Virus record (IMG/VR): IMGVR_UViG_3300034072_000373
Span: 1 to 64,000 of that record
Origin: a virus
Length of the DNA: 64,000 nt
Direction: 5' to 3' (one strand)
Position 1 is the first letter of the stretch. Every line of letters starts with the position of its first letter. Under the pieces are notes generated by a model. That model saw only the letters and a program-made list of their open reading frames with translations, was not told the DNA's origin and made no database searches. Both the position numbers and the translations under genes were made by a program. Shown here one piece after another: positions 38,347 through 47,545 of this stretch.

Positions 38347-39087
38347 TCAGTTGTAAAAGTCGTTAAGACGATCCAGAAGAAGCTGTGCATCGTTGTTGAT
38401 GTAAGTTTCTTCCCTGCTGAACAGACCCATTGGTGAGCGGATACGTTCGTGTATTGTTGCCTTCGTCAGACGAGTCTGGAAGACATGCTTGTAGCCGAGA
38501 ATCTCATCATCTTCCGTGATGGTGAGTAGATCATTCTCATATGGCTCAAGGTCTTTGAGAGTCATCTTCTTCGTGGAAACCACGGTGGAGAAATATGACT
38601 CAATGCCATTATTGGCCAATGCACCCTTAACGGGAACACATGTTACGTTGGCCAGAAGTTCCTTGTCATAGCTGGTCTTGGTATGAGCCAAGATGATGAC
38701 AGGTTTCTCGAACAGAACCACCTTCGTCTGAAGGAGATTCTTCCAATACTGAGCATAGTCAGACCATGCTTTCTGGCCGTTCGATGATGGGAGAACATAC
38801 TGAGACTCATACATATCCATTAGATATGTTGAAGTATCAATGATGATCCCCTTGGTTTCATCTGCAATTTCACCGTCTCCGGTAGCAGCATCGAACCCTT
38901 CATAAACCTGATAAGGATCGCTGATACGAATATCGTTGAACTTGTTTCTGAATGGTAGTCGCTTACCAGCCTCACACCCAAGATACAGCCAATCAGGCTG
39001 ATCTCGGATGTTCATGAGGCTTGTCGACTTGCCTGACGCAGATTCACCACTAATTAGAACGAGTTGATTGTTTACATCTTCGGACAT
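38347..39087 (-). CDS. AAA ATPase (N4 gp44/Sak4-like)
   Basis: GESASGKS Walker A, IIIDT Walker B, ILAHT, RIRSPMGLF. Confidence 0.88.
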   Translation of the reverse strand: MSEDVNNQLVLISGESASGKSTSLMNIRDQPDWLYLGCEAGKRLPFRNKFNDIRISDPYQVYEGFDAATGDGEIADETKGIIIDTSTYLMDMYESQYVLPSSNGQKAWSDYAQYWKNLLQTKVVLFEKPVIILAHTKTSYDKELLANVTCVPVKGALANNGIESYFSTVVSTKKMTLKDLEPYENDLLTITEDDEILGYKHVFQTRLTKATIHERIRSPMGLFSREETYINNDAQLLLDRLNDFYN

Positions 39088-39088
39088 G

Positions 39089-41236
39089 TTACGCCTTATA
39101 TTTTTGGGCAACAGAACGAAGAATGGTAGAATCAATCTCGTCCGTTGGTAGTGGGGAATCTAGCTTCTTATTGAAGCTATGGACTGCGTTTGAAACATCA
39201 ATGAAATCCATTCCACTATCTACAAGAGCTAGTGCGAACTTAATCATATGATTGTTTCTGCTGCCTGATACCATTCGAGCAGCAAACCACCGTTCCAGAT
39301 TATCGAGACTGGACAGACTCTTCATGCTGTTTTTGTATTGTTCATGGCGTGAAGTCTTAGGGATGAATGGCAACACATCCAGAAGATCACCTTCCATGTT
39401 CAGTGTGAACTCACCATTATGGTAGGTTTCCCACTTCTTACTTCGTTGGTTCGCTGCTTCGTCAGTGGGGAAAGGCAACCATTCCATCACTGCATTCATG
39501 AATTCCTTATATTCATCGGAATCCAGTTCAAGGTGATAATTTGTTGGAAGCATCAACCTGAAACGATTTTCCTCTTCGGTATGTCGTTTCGTTGTGTAGG
39601 TAATGAACTTGTAGTCTTTCAACAGTTCATGAACCAACGACAATGATGTTCCACCATCCACATCAATCGTAATGAGGTTGAATCCCGGAATGGTATTCTC
39701 TTCCTTACGATGCTCACCTTTGAAGTGATGGTTCGACCAGTGAAGACCTTCTGCCTGAGTGAGAATGTCTAGGTTCTCAAATGGAACCATTTCTGGTTCA
39801 TAATGATAAGCCCAATTGTCACTGTGGGATAGAATGATTTCCTGAAGGTTAGTTTCCTTCAGAGTTTCACCTCTGAAGAATTCGATACCTTCAACGAAAG
39901 TCTTCTTAATGATGATGTGCTTCTTATAGCCCCATGCTGTGGCCAGAGACATCATTTCATTTCTACGGCTACTGGTAGAGCTATAGAATGGTAGGGCTTC
40001 GAGAAGATCAGCATGTGTGACTTCAGTGTCAACGTCAGCGATATACTTCGCCAACTTCACATATGCTTTCTCACGATCCAAGATAACTTGGAAAGCCTTA
40101 CCTGATTCCTCAACAAGCAGGATAGCACGATGGAGATTTTCCATCGAGATATACTGAAGTTGATCCACGAAGGAATAAGCACCAGCCAGCTTGAGTGCTT
40201 TGAAATAACGATGAGAGATTTCCGCTTTACGGATATCTTCATGTTCTTTCATTTTGTCAGCTTCACGCTCACAAGCAATCTTATACTGGATCAGTTCAAT
40301 TGCCACATCATCAGGCATTTGCATCTTCCATCCATGGATCGTAGCATCTGCCAGCTTCATGAAATGGGAATACCATTTGTTAACGGTATCAGATTGATCC
40401 CTGCTGATTAGGGCATTGAAGATTTCTTCTGGTGTCATGGAATCGGATGCACGAATTGTGTGCTGGCCAAAGCCAAACAAACAACGTCTTGCATATCCTG
40501 TCTCAAGGAATGAGTAGAATTGATCTTCAGTCTGACCACCATCCAACAGCTTGCTTGGAGTGCCAAACAGCAGTGCATTGGTTGGAGTCTTACCGGTGAT
40601 CTCTTCACCTCGTTTGTTTTCCTGAGTGTTCTTGGTCAGCTTGTTCTTCACCATCCCTTGGTCATACAACTCAAGGAATAGATTCAGCACATCGACTGAG
40701 CCAATGAGGTTGGAACCGATTTCGTCAATCTGAAGATTGAGACTGCCAGCCTTTGCCATCAGCAACTTATTACGAAGTTGCTTAACGGCTGGAGGAGTAG
40801 CACTATCAAAGGTGAACGCATAAGCACCACCTGAGTTATACTCCTTCAGAGCCTGATCGTATTCCTCCTGTTGATCGGTGCCATTTCTGACAGCACGATC
40901 ATCAGCAATTTCCCACAAATGCTTTTCAGCAATGATGGGCATTGTTTCTTCGATAAAGCGTTTCTCGAAGCCTTGGAGGAATTCCTGTTCAACGATGTTG
41001 ACGGAATATCCCTTACCAAAGCCAGAGGTAGCTAGAGCCAGTGCATAGATATTTACCGGCACTTCCCCACGATCTTTCGTGACAATGACAGCCCTCTGAC
41101 AGCTTGCCATCTTAGCAAGGAAATAGGCCACCTCTGTTCTAAAAAATCCTTTATCTTTGTTTTGGGTCTTTGCACATAAGACCTCGACTATTTCTTCAAT
41201 GGCGGGATGATGGCCCGTATCCATTAGCTCAATCAT
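39089..41236 (-). CDS. Primase-helicase (N4 gp43-like)
   Basis: ATSGFGKG Walker A, QIDEIG Walker B; IDVDG..YTTKRH..RFRL primase motifs; GSRNNHM PriCT-like C-terminus. Confidence 0.88.
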   Translation of the reverse strand: MIELMDTGHHPAIEEIVEVLCAKTQNKDKGFFRTEVAYFLAKMASCQRAVIVTKDRGEVPVNIYALALATSGFGKGYSVNIVEQEFLQGFEKRFIEETMPIIAEKHLWEIADDRAVRNGTDQQEEYDQALKEYNSGGAYAFTFDSATPPAVKQLRNKLLMAKAGSLNLQIDEIGSNLIGSVDVLNLFLELYDQGMVKNKLTKNTQENKRGEEITGKTPTNALLFGTPSKLLDGGQTEDQFYSFLETGYARRCLFGFGQHTIRASDSMTPEEIFNALISRDQSDTVNKWYSHFMKLADATIHGWKMQMPDDVAIELIQYKIACEREADKMKEHEDIRKAEISHRYFKALKLAGAYSFVDQLQYISMENLHRAILLVEESGKAFQVILDREKAYVKLAKYIADVDTEVTHADLLEALPFYSSTSSRRNEMMSLATAWGYKKHIIIKKTFVEGIEFFRGETLKETNLQEIILSHSDNWAYHYEPEMVPFENLDILTQAEGLHWSNHHFKGEHRKEENTIPGFNLITIDVDGGTSLSLVHELLKDYKFITYTTKRHTEEENRFRLMLPTNYHLELDSDEYKEFMNAVMEWLPFPTDEAANQRSKKWETYHNGEFTLNMEGDLLDVLPFIPKTSRHEQYKNSMKSLSSLDNLERWFAARMVSGSRNNHMIKFALALVDSGMDFIDVSNAVHSFNKKLDSPLPTDEIDSTILRSVAQKYKA

Positions 41237-42218
41237 CGGGGAAATACTCTCTACGCTGGTTGCAGATATCGTAAGCGGGACAGAATGGACACCGCTTCAC
41301 TTCACCGGGGACAGTGACGACAACGCCTTTTCCCTTTTCAGCTTTGAAAGCAGCAGCGTCAGCTAGTGTCTCAAAGTTCTTTGTGGATCGAGCAGTTGGG
41401 TCTTTGGCTTTCTCTGGATCGCTATAGTATTTGAACTTAGGATCAGACCGCCAAAGGTCTTCATCGGAACATGGTGGAAGCTGATCTTGAGGAGTCTTAG
41501 AATACTTCTCAAGTTGTTCCAGCTTATGAGTTACCCATTTTTCAGTGTCACTCAAGGAATTAAGCTCATGATCCTTATGTAGAACCCGTTGCTGAGGATA
41601 TGCGGGATTTGTTTTGGCTGACATTTTCTGCCAGTCAGTGAACACATAGTTCACCCGCATGAAACCTTCAGTAATTATCGGGGTCTCGGATACCGAGTCG
41701 ATCCATCGGTAAAGAGATGTCTGAAGTATATGTTCTTCATCTCTTGTTCCGTATAACCAGTTAAAAGCGGAAGTAGACTTATTGTCTTCGACATGGCCTT
41801 CCGCCACCAGATCGAACTTGCCACCAATAGTATATCCATTGAACTCTCTAAAGATGCGTTGTTCGATGTAGACTGGAATGTCATCATCGGTGACTGTCGA
41901 TGGATCAGGATTGATCTTGATCCGGTCAATGGTCTTTGGACCATAACCTAGCTTTTCAAGATTAGTCCGATAGTTTGTGACCCAAGCTTTCTCAATGCTA
42001 TCGTGAACTGCATTCCCTAATGCACGATTCACATAATCAAGCACATCTGATTTCTGCTCATCATATTTCACTCTGCGTGACATGATGAGTTGCTTCAGCG
42101 GCTTCATCAATGTGGTAACACTGATATAGTTTGGCTGATAAACGTAATCGTAATCATCGTTTACCAGCCAGACTGCTAGGGACAGGGAAATGTTATTAAA
42201 ATTCGTGATCATTCCCAT
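41229..42218 (-). CDS. PD-(D/E)xK exonuclease (N4 gp42-like)
   Basis: GNAVHD..EQR..GGKFD..EDNKST; C-terminal C..CPFCPAYDIC cluster. Confidence 0.85.
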   Translation of the reverse strand: MGMITNFNNISLSLAVWLVNDDYDYVYQPNYISVTTLMKPLKQLIMSRRVKYDEQKSDVLDYVNRALGNAVHDSIEKAWVTNYRTNLEKLGYGPKTIDRIKINPDPSTVTDDDIPVYIEQRIFREFNGYTIGGKFDLVAEGHVEDNKSTSAFNWLYGTRDEEHILQTSLYRWIDSVSETPIITEGFMRVNYVFTDWQKMSAKTNPAYPQQRVLHKDHELNSLSDTEKWVTHKLEQLEKYSKTPQDQLPPCSDEDLWRSDPKFKYYSDPEKAKDPTARSTKNFETLADAAAFKAEKGKGVVVTVPGEVKRCPFCPAYDICNQRREYFPDD

Positions 42219-42227
42219 GGCTCCAGA

Positions 42228-42698
42228 TTAGGAAGTTCTTGAGATTCTTCTCAAGATGCGTCCAGCATAATGGACGATCTTCTGCGCTCCATAGAGAGCA
42301 GTGTGACCGGGTTTACCATTGTGCTTTCGGGCATTGGCTCCACGCCAAATTTCCTTGAAGATATTAGCCTCATCTGGATTCAGTTCAAGTGCTTCGATGA
42401 TGTCTTCACACTCTGCCTGATAAGGTTCCTGATCTTCCCTTTGTGGGTGATCCACATGAACTAGATAGTAGTTCACACGGCCACCCTTAACTTCAGTTTC
42501 CTGAGCGAGCTTAGCTGGTAAGCCCTTCGCTAGTTCCTGCTTCGCCAGCTTCTGCACTATCTCCGCCATCGACTGATTCTCCGGTGGTGGATTCAGCTTC
42601 TCCAGCGCTTCCCGAAACTCCTGTTCCTGTCTCGACGCTCCCATCATTTCCTCCTGTATCGCTTGAAAGAACTTCGGATGCCTTGCTGCGAGTCCCAT
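42228..42698 (-). CDS. DUF3310-related protein with an N-terminal helical extension
   Basis: GGRVNYY..ECEDIIEAL..EANIFKEIWR..LYGAQKIVHY; AGGGAG RBS before 42698. Confidence 0.7.
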   Translation of the reverse strand: MGLAARHPKFFQAIQEEMMGASRQEQEFREALEKLNPPPENQSMAEIVQKLAKQELAKGLPAKLAQETEVKGGRVNYYLVHVDHPQREDQEPYQAECEDIIEALELNPDEANIFKEIWRGANARKHNGKPGHTALYGAQKIVHYAGRILRRISRTS

Positions 42699-43020
42699 TG
42701 AATGCTCCCTCAGCCTGTGCCTTCAGTTCTGCTTCTTCGGTGCCAGCACGGAAATCTTCTTCCGACATACGGCCCAGAGGAACCAGATTGGTGATGATCA
42801 CATCCATGATCTTTGGGTTGTTTGGGTTGCCCTGCATCTTCTGAAGGAACTGCACCTGAAGTGCCTGTTGGATACGGCCAACTGCCTTGAGATTGAAAAC
42901 AGGATCATCATTGATGATGAGTGCATTGCTGTCCACTCGCTGAGCGAAGGTAGCCTCATCATCCACAAAGATGATGATGCCAGCAGCAATGAAATAGTTG
43001 TGTAGCTTCGTGTCGGTCAT
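42511..43020 (-). CDS. N4 gp40-like protein with an acidic tail overlapping the next gene
   Basis: GGAG RBS; QQALQ..DVIITNLVPLGRMSEEDF. Confidence 0.7.
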   Translation of the reverse strand: MTDTKLHNYFIAAGIIIFVDDEATFAQRVDSNALIINDDPVFNLKAVGRIQQALQVQFLQKMQGNPNNPKIMDVIITNLVPLGRMSEEDFRAGTEEAELKAQAEGAFNGTRSKASEVLSSDTGGNDGSVETGTGVSGSAGEAESTTGESVDGGDSAEAGEAGTSEGLTS

Positions 43021-43031
43021 TTAGATTCTCC

Positions 43032-43071
43032 AAAAGAAAAGGAACCAAGAGACATAATCCCTTGGTTCCTT
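43032..43071 (-). terminator. Terminator after the fibre cassette
   Basis: AGGAACCAAG/CTTGGTTCCT stem followed by TTTCTTTT on the minus strand. Confidence 0.8.
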
Positions 43072-43090
43072 ACTTTCACTCTAATGTCTA

Positions 43091-46000
43091 TTAGAGCGGG
43101 TTTGCTAGGGTTTGTGATGAAGTCTGGGAATAGATGAACCAAGTTGAGCCAGCAGCCCTACCTAGTGCTTCTTGTTCAGCCAGCTTCGTTGCAAACGCAT
43201 TGTCTGCGATCACCTTAGCGTTCTGCATTTGTGTATCAGTGTAGCCCATACGAATGAGCGTATCTGGTGCAGCCAGAAGCAAGTCAGTTCCCTGACCGTC
43301 TCTGGAGTTTGACGTTGAACTGCCGGGAAGAGTGTATCTATCCCATGTAGCTGTATAACCGTCAGTCAACATGCGTGCTCTTGAGGCAGCATATGAATGT
43401 GGCAAGGCAGCTACGTCTGACATGTCATTAAGATTAGTCATCCAGTTCTGACGCCATACTGAAATGCTGTAATACTGATTATCAGCAGGTGGGATATCAA
43501 ACCCATTGTTGATTCTCTGTCTTACACGCTCTGCATGTGCATCACACATGAAGTCGAACACTTCACCAGCAATAGAGCTTCTGGCTCTGATAGCTGCATC
43601 CATGCCATAGAACTTCATGGTGAACAGTGATGCCAGCCAATAGCCAGCTTGGAATTCGGAGTAGCCTACGTCCTGATATGCTGCACCTGAAGTTTCATAC
43701 TTCACTGCCATGCCAAAGACATTGCAGACATATGAGTCCAGCTTCAGAATATCAATTTCACCTTCAGTAAAGATATCTGAGGGTGGATTGAAATAGACAT
43801 CACCATAGTTAGCTGCCCAACCTTCATAGTCAGCAACCAACCAATCCAAGATTTCACTACGGCTGTAGAGACGATCACTATTCTGTGAACCATAATGCCA
43901 AGCCAATGCAGCATGTTGGTGAACCCAAGCTGCTGATCGACCAGCCCATTCGGACTGATTGACATTGATGATTGCACTGGAACCGCCTGAATAGAGTCTG
44001 GTCTGATCGGTAAACTGATTACCCATCATCGCAAATTCAGGAGTCTTGAACAGTGAACTACCCCAATATGGGAACTGATGCCCATGGAGTGAGTCGATAC
44101 CAAACCCACCAAAATATGGATGAGTTGGATCAACAGCCCAACGAATACCGTAAGTGTCAGGGGTTGCCCTCCAACGCATTGGGTATTCTTGGGTAATCCA
44201 GTCAGCACGATTATCCAACGATGCCATTGCATACCATGCACGTTCTGGTGGGGTGTATGATTCACCAGCACCATAATAGTGATAGCGCATTGAGATTGGT
44301 CGGGTTGGATTCCCCTTATACAGAGGCTTACAACGACCATTCTCCACTGAGTGATATGGCTCAGAAGCATATGAAGTCAGATAGTCTAGTGCAATGTTAA
44401 GCAGAGGAGTCTGATCAACATGACGGACACCATTCACATCCTGACAGTAGATTGCCACTGGTTCAGGAATTGCCTGACGCTCATTACGAGTGCCACCATT
44501 ACCTGTCAGTGGTGATTTACCACAGATATTGAATGGGGTGTATTTGAGCCAAAGCCCAGCATTAGGCTTAGTTGAATTACTGGTATAAGGACCAGTGACG
44601 GTATTACCGTATGGGTCAGTATTGTTGGGTGAATTAGCCCATTCAGTAATTGAACTGTAGCCTACCTCGAATGGCTCCCATGGCATGTTAAGCCAGTTAC
44701 CATAACCATTCTGCTGGAAAGTCCCCATGACTCTCGCATCACCACCATTCACTGAGAAACCAGTGTATGAGTTAAATGGGATACGAGCCTCAAACACAGG
44801 CATATTTTCATACACTTGGTTCTGAGTATAGATTTGGGGATTACGATTTCTCCAAATGATAGAGCAACGAGCAGTGCCTTGTGGATACCACCAGTTACCT
44901 GTGTCTACCATTGGATTGGCTCGACCATCATAGTCACCTTCCCAGACATTAGGAATGTCTAGGCCATTGAGTGGGCCACCATCTGGACGTTCGATAGTAT
45001 CCAAGAGGTTATTATCTTTGTCGTAGATTTTCCACTTATGAGGAACCATGTAGGTATTCTTGCCCTGTGGATCACCAAATGGTGATTCAGGGACATTGAT
45101 CCAGTAGACGAACTGGAAGACTGAGTATGTGCCCATACGGATACATTCACAGCCATAAGCCAGATCGCCAATGATTGGGACCGGACCCTTTGGAATACAC
45201 TCAAACCATTTATAGTTCAGGCTATCGGCCTCAAACCGACAGTTCTGAGCTTGCGGTAGAGTCATGACCAATTCGTTTGGATGAGGAATCCCTACGCCAG
45301 TAGACCAGTCTTCGAGGACTGCCTTATAAGCGTCACCGGGTTCCACATCATACTCATCCACAATGACGGTGATGATCTTGTCTTCAACGTCTGTGGTATT
45401 GGTGATTGTCACAGGTGATGGGGCACGGACAACATTGTCTGTAGCATCCACAACAAGGCGTGAAATTACCAATGGAGTGATTGAGCCTTCAGGAACAGTT
45501 TCATAGGTGTAGTCGATACCGGGGGTATCATAGTCCACCTTCAGAGACTTGAACTTACAGACCCGTGCATCACTGAGATTGCCGATAGAACCATTGACCC
45601 AGATAGCCATGCTTGGCGTGATCTTTGGCCTATCATATGCTGTGACATCAACAGTGTTGATAAGCACATCATCAATAGTCAGTGTTACAGTTCTCGTGGT
45701 TCCATTGTCCGCATATTCCACGACATACTTATGAATGTCAGGGAGGAATGGGGCAAAGGTTGCGGGATCACAAAGCTGGATGCTTGTAAAATCAGCAGCA
45801 GTTTTGTTTCGTCCCATTTCTAGGACGAGAGTGTCACCTGTGCCACCAGCCCAACGATACTGAATGTTGAAACGATCTGAGGGATACTCATACATTTCAA
45901 ACAGACGAACACCGTAGTTGATAATGGCACCTGTCCACTCAACCCTGAACCTTGAAGGTGCAAAGGTAGTTGCTGGATCAGAGGTTTCCTGAAGCAAAAT

Positions 46001-47533
46001 TCCAACCACATTTGCAAACATGGCAACATCAGTATCCAGATTCACACACTGGTTTACTGAATCCCATGAAGCATTTGCAGCAGCAGCTTCACCCTGAACT
46101 GAGTTCGAGGTGTAATAGCCCAAAGGCAAGCTGTTACCGAAACCTTCAGTCATTGAATCAGGAACATGGCCTGTCCCAATAACCCCACCATCATTGGCCA
46201 GATTCCACAGACAGTTACGAGATAGAGTAACGTCGAATGGGCGCTTCTCTCTCAAGTTAAATGCAGTGTCATCATAGGCAATGCTGTAGGACTTCCCTAC
46301 TTCGGTGATAGCACCGAGAGGTAGGATAAGACCGGGAGCAACGTAGAGTGTATCAGGAGTATCAGCGTCTGCTGGATTCAGAACAACACTTGCACCCTGA
46401 GCCACTGTCCAAGCAGACCAACCTGCTGAATTACCAGCCCGAACCTCACAACCGATTACATAATCGGTATCACCCTGAATGGGTGTGTAAGTGTTCTGAT
46501 CAGCATTCAGAATAGGATTGGATGCTCTTGTCCAACGATACTCATACATAGTTGGGATTACATCCCATGAGCCATTGTTTACAGAGAGTTCTTCCCCATA
46601 AATAAATGAGCCTGAGATAGTTGGTGCAGTGACATTGACGGGGAAATCATCCGAAGGAATCTCTTCACCATCAACAACACCACCGCCTGTAGCAGCGACA
46701 TAAGCACTGTTACCTGAAGCGTTAGTAGCTCTTACCTTGGCTCCAATTGTAGTGCCTTCATCAATTGCTAGAAGGTTATATGTGTTTCCGTTGGCTCCGG
46801 GAATATCAATCCCATTTCGAGTCCACTGACGTGAGAACGAAGTAGGAGAGTTAGTCCATGTGCCTGTGGATACACTGATCGTCTGACCCACAACAAGTGA
46901 GCCAGAGATAGCAGGGGCAGAGAGATTTGCTGGAGCTTGAGGAACCGTCTCTGGATTGACGACACCCCCACCTGTGGCATTGACCCAGATGGATTCACCA
47001 GCAGCGTTTTCTGCACGAACCTTGGCACCAATCACACTGTCTACATCACTGTCGAGCAGTGTGTAGATCGTGGATGTTGCACCAATGATATCAACGCCAC
47101 CAAGGGTCCACTGATAGTCGTAATCAGTGGGATTGCCTGTCCATGAACCAGTGGACACTGAGAGGGTAACACCCTCTGTCAGTGTGCCTGTGATTGCTGG
47201 AGCAGATACGAGAGTTGGAACCTGAGTGACAGGGGGAAGCCCATCACTAGCAACACCAATGACGAGGTTTACACCTGCGTCATCAGTGGTTGCATACAGA
47301 CCAATTCTCTTCTCTGGATCAGAGAATGGAAGCTGAATATCAACTTCATCCCCCAATTCAGAAGCTGGTGCATCAGTGATGACGGGAACCATCAGATAGG
47401 TTCCCGTCCCAATAGCTTCTGGACCCTCAATTGCTGAGAGGTCCACAAGATGGAGTTTGCCTCCATCACCATCATTACCCTTGGGTCCGGGCGGACCCTG
47501 AATAGGTGTGCCAACAAGATCGACTTTGATCAT
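43091..47533 (-). CDS. 1,480-aa modular fibre/depolymerase-like protein (anchor, three Ig-like repeats, lectin-like domain, large C-terminal domain)
   Basis: GPPGPKG; three APxIxG..G.TLSVS.G.W..P..Y.YQW...G..I.GA...Y..D....IG..VRA.N..G repeats. Confidence 0.75.
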   Translation of the reverse strand: MIKVDLVGTPIQGPPGPKGNDGDGGKLHLVDLSAIEGPEAIGTGTYLMVPVITDAPASELGDEVDIQLPFSDPEKRIGLYATTDDAGVNLVIGVASDGLPPVTQVPTLVSAPAITGTLTEGVTLSVSTGSWTGNPTDYDYQWTLGGVDIIGATSTIYTLLDSDVDSVIGAKVRAENAAGESIWVNATGGGVVNPETVPQAPANLSAPAISGSLVVGQTISVSTGTWTNSPTSFSRQWTRNGIDIPGANGNTYNLLAIDEGTTIGAKVRATNASGNSAYVAATGGGVVDGEEIPSDDFPVNVTAPTISGSFIYGEELSVNNGSWDVIPTMYEYRWTRASNPILNADQNTYTPIQGDTDYVIGCEVRAGNSAGWSAWTVAQGASVVLNPADADTPDTLYVAPGLILPLGAITEVGKSYSIAYDDTAFNLREKRPFDVTLSRNCLWNLANDGGVIGTGHVPDSMTEGFGNSLPLGYYTSNSVQGEAAAANASWDSVNQCVNLDTDVAMFANVVGILLQETSDPATTFAPSRFRVEWTGAIINYGVRLFEMYEYPSDRFNIQYRWAGGTGDTLVLEMGRNKTAADFTSIQLCDPATFAPFLPDIHKYVVEYADNGTTRTVTLTIDDVLINTVDVTAYDRPKITPSMAIWVNGSIGNLSDARVCKFKSLKVDYDTPGIDYTYETVPEGSITPLVISRLVVDATDNVVRAPSPVTITNTTDVEDKIITVIVDEYDVEPGDAYKAVLEDWSTGVGIPHPNELVMTLPQAQNCRFEADSLNYKWFECIPKGPVPIIGDLAYGCECIRMGTYSVFQFVYWINVPESPFGDPQGKNTYMVPHKWKIYDKDNNLLDTIERPDGGPLNGLDIPNVWEGDYDGRANPMVDTGNWWYPQGTARCSIIWRNRNPQIYTQNQVYENMPVFEARIPFNSYTGFSVNGGDARVMGTFQQNGYGNWLNMPWEPFEVGYSSITEWANSPNNTDPYGNTVTGPYTSNSTKPNAGLWLKYTPFNICGKSPLTGNGGTRNERQAIPEPVAIYCQDVNGVRHVDQTPLLNIALDYLTSYASEPYHSVENGRCKPLYKGNPTRPISMRYHYYGAGESYTPPERAWYAMASLDNRADWITQEYPMRWRATPDTYGIRWAVDPTHPYFGGFGIDSLHGHQFPYWGSSLFKTPEFAMMGNQFTDQTRLYSGGSSAIINVNQSEWAGRSAAWVHQHAALAWHYGSQNSDRLYSRSEILDWLVADYEGWAANYGDVYFNPPSDIFTEGEIDILKLDSYVCNVFGMAVKYETSGAAYQDVGYSEFQAGYWLASLFTMKFYGMDAAIRARSSIAGEVFDFMCDAHAERVRQRINNGFDIPPADNQYYSISVWRQNWMTNLNDMSDVAALPHSYAASRARMLTDGYTATWDRYTLPGSSTSNSRDGQGTDLLLAAPDTLIRMGYTDTQMQNAKVIADNAFATKLAEQEALGRAAGSTWFIYSQTSSQTLANPL

Positions 47534-47545
47534 TTTCGTTATCCC

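Noticed and set aside
41229-42218. Cas4-like nuclease as part of a CRISPR system
   Set aside because: Core N4-like replication gene; no repeat-spacer array seen in the window.
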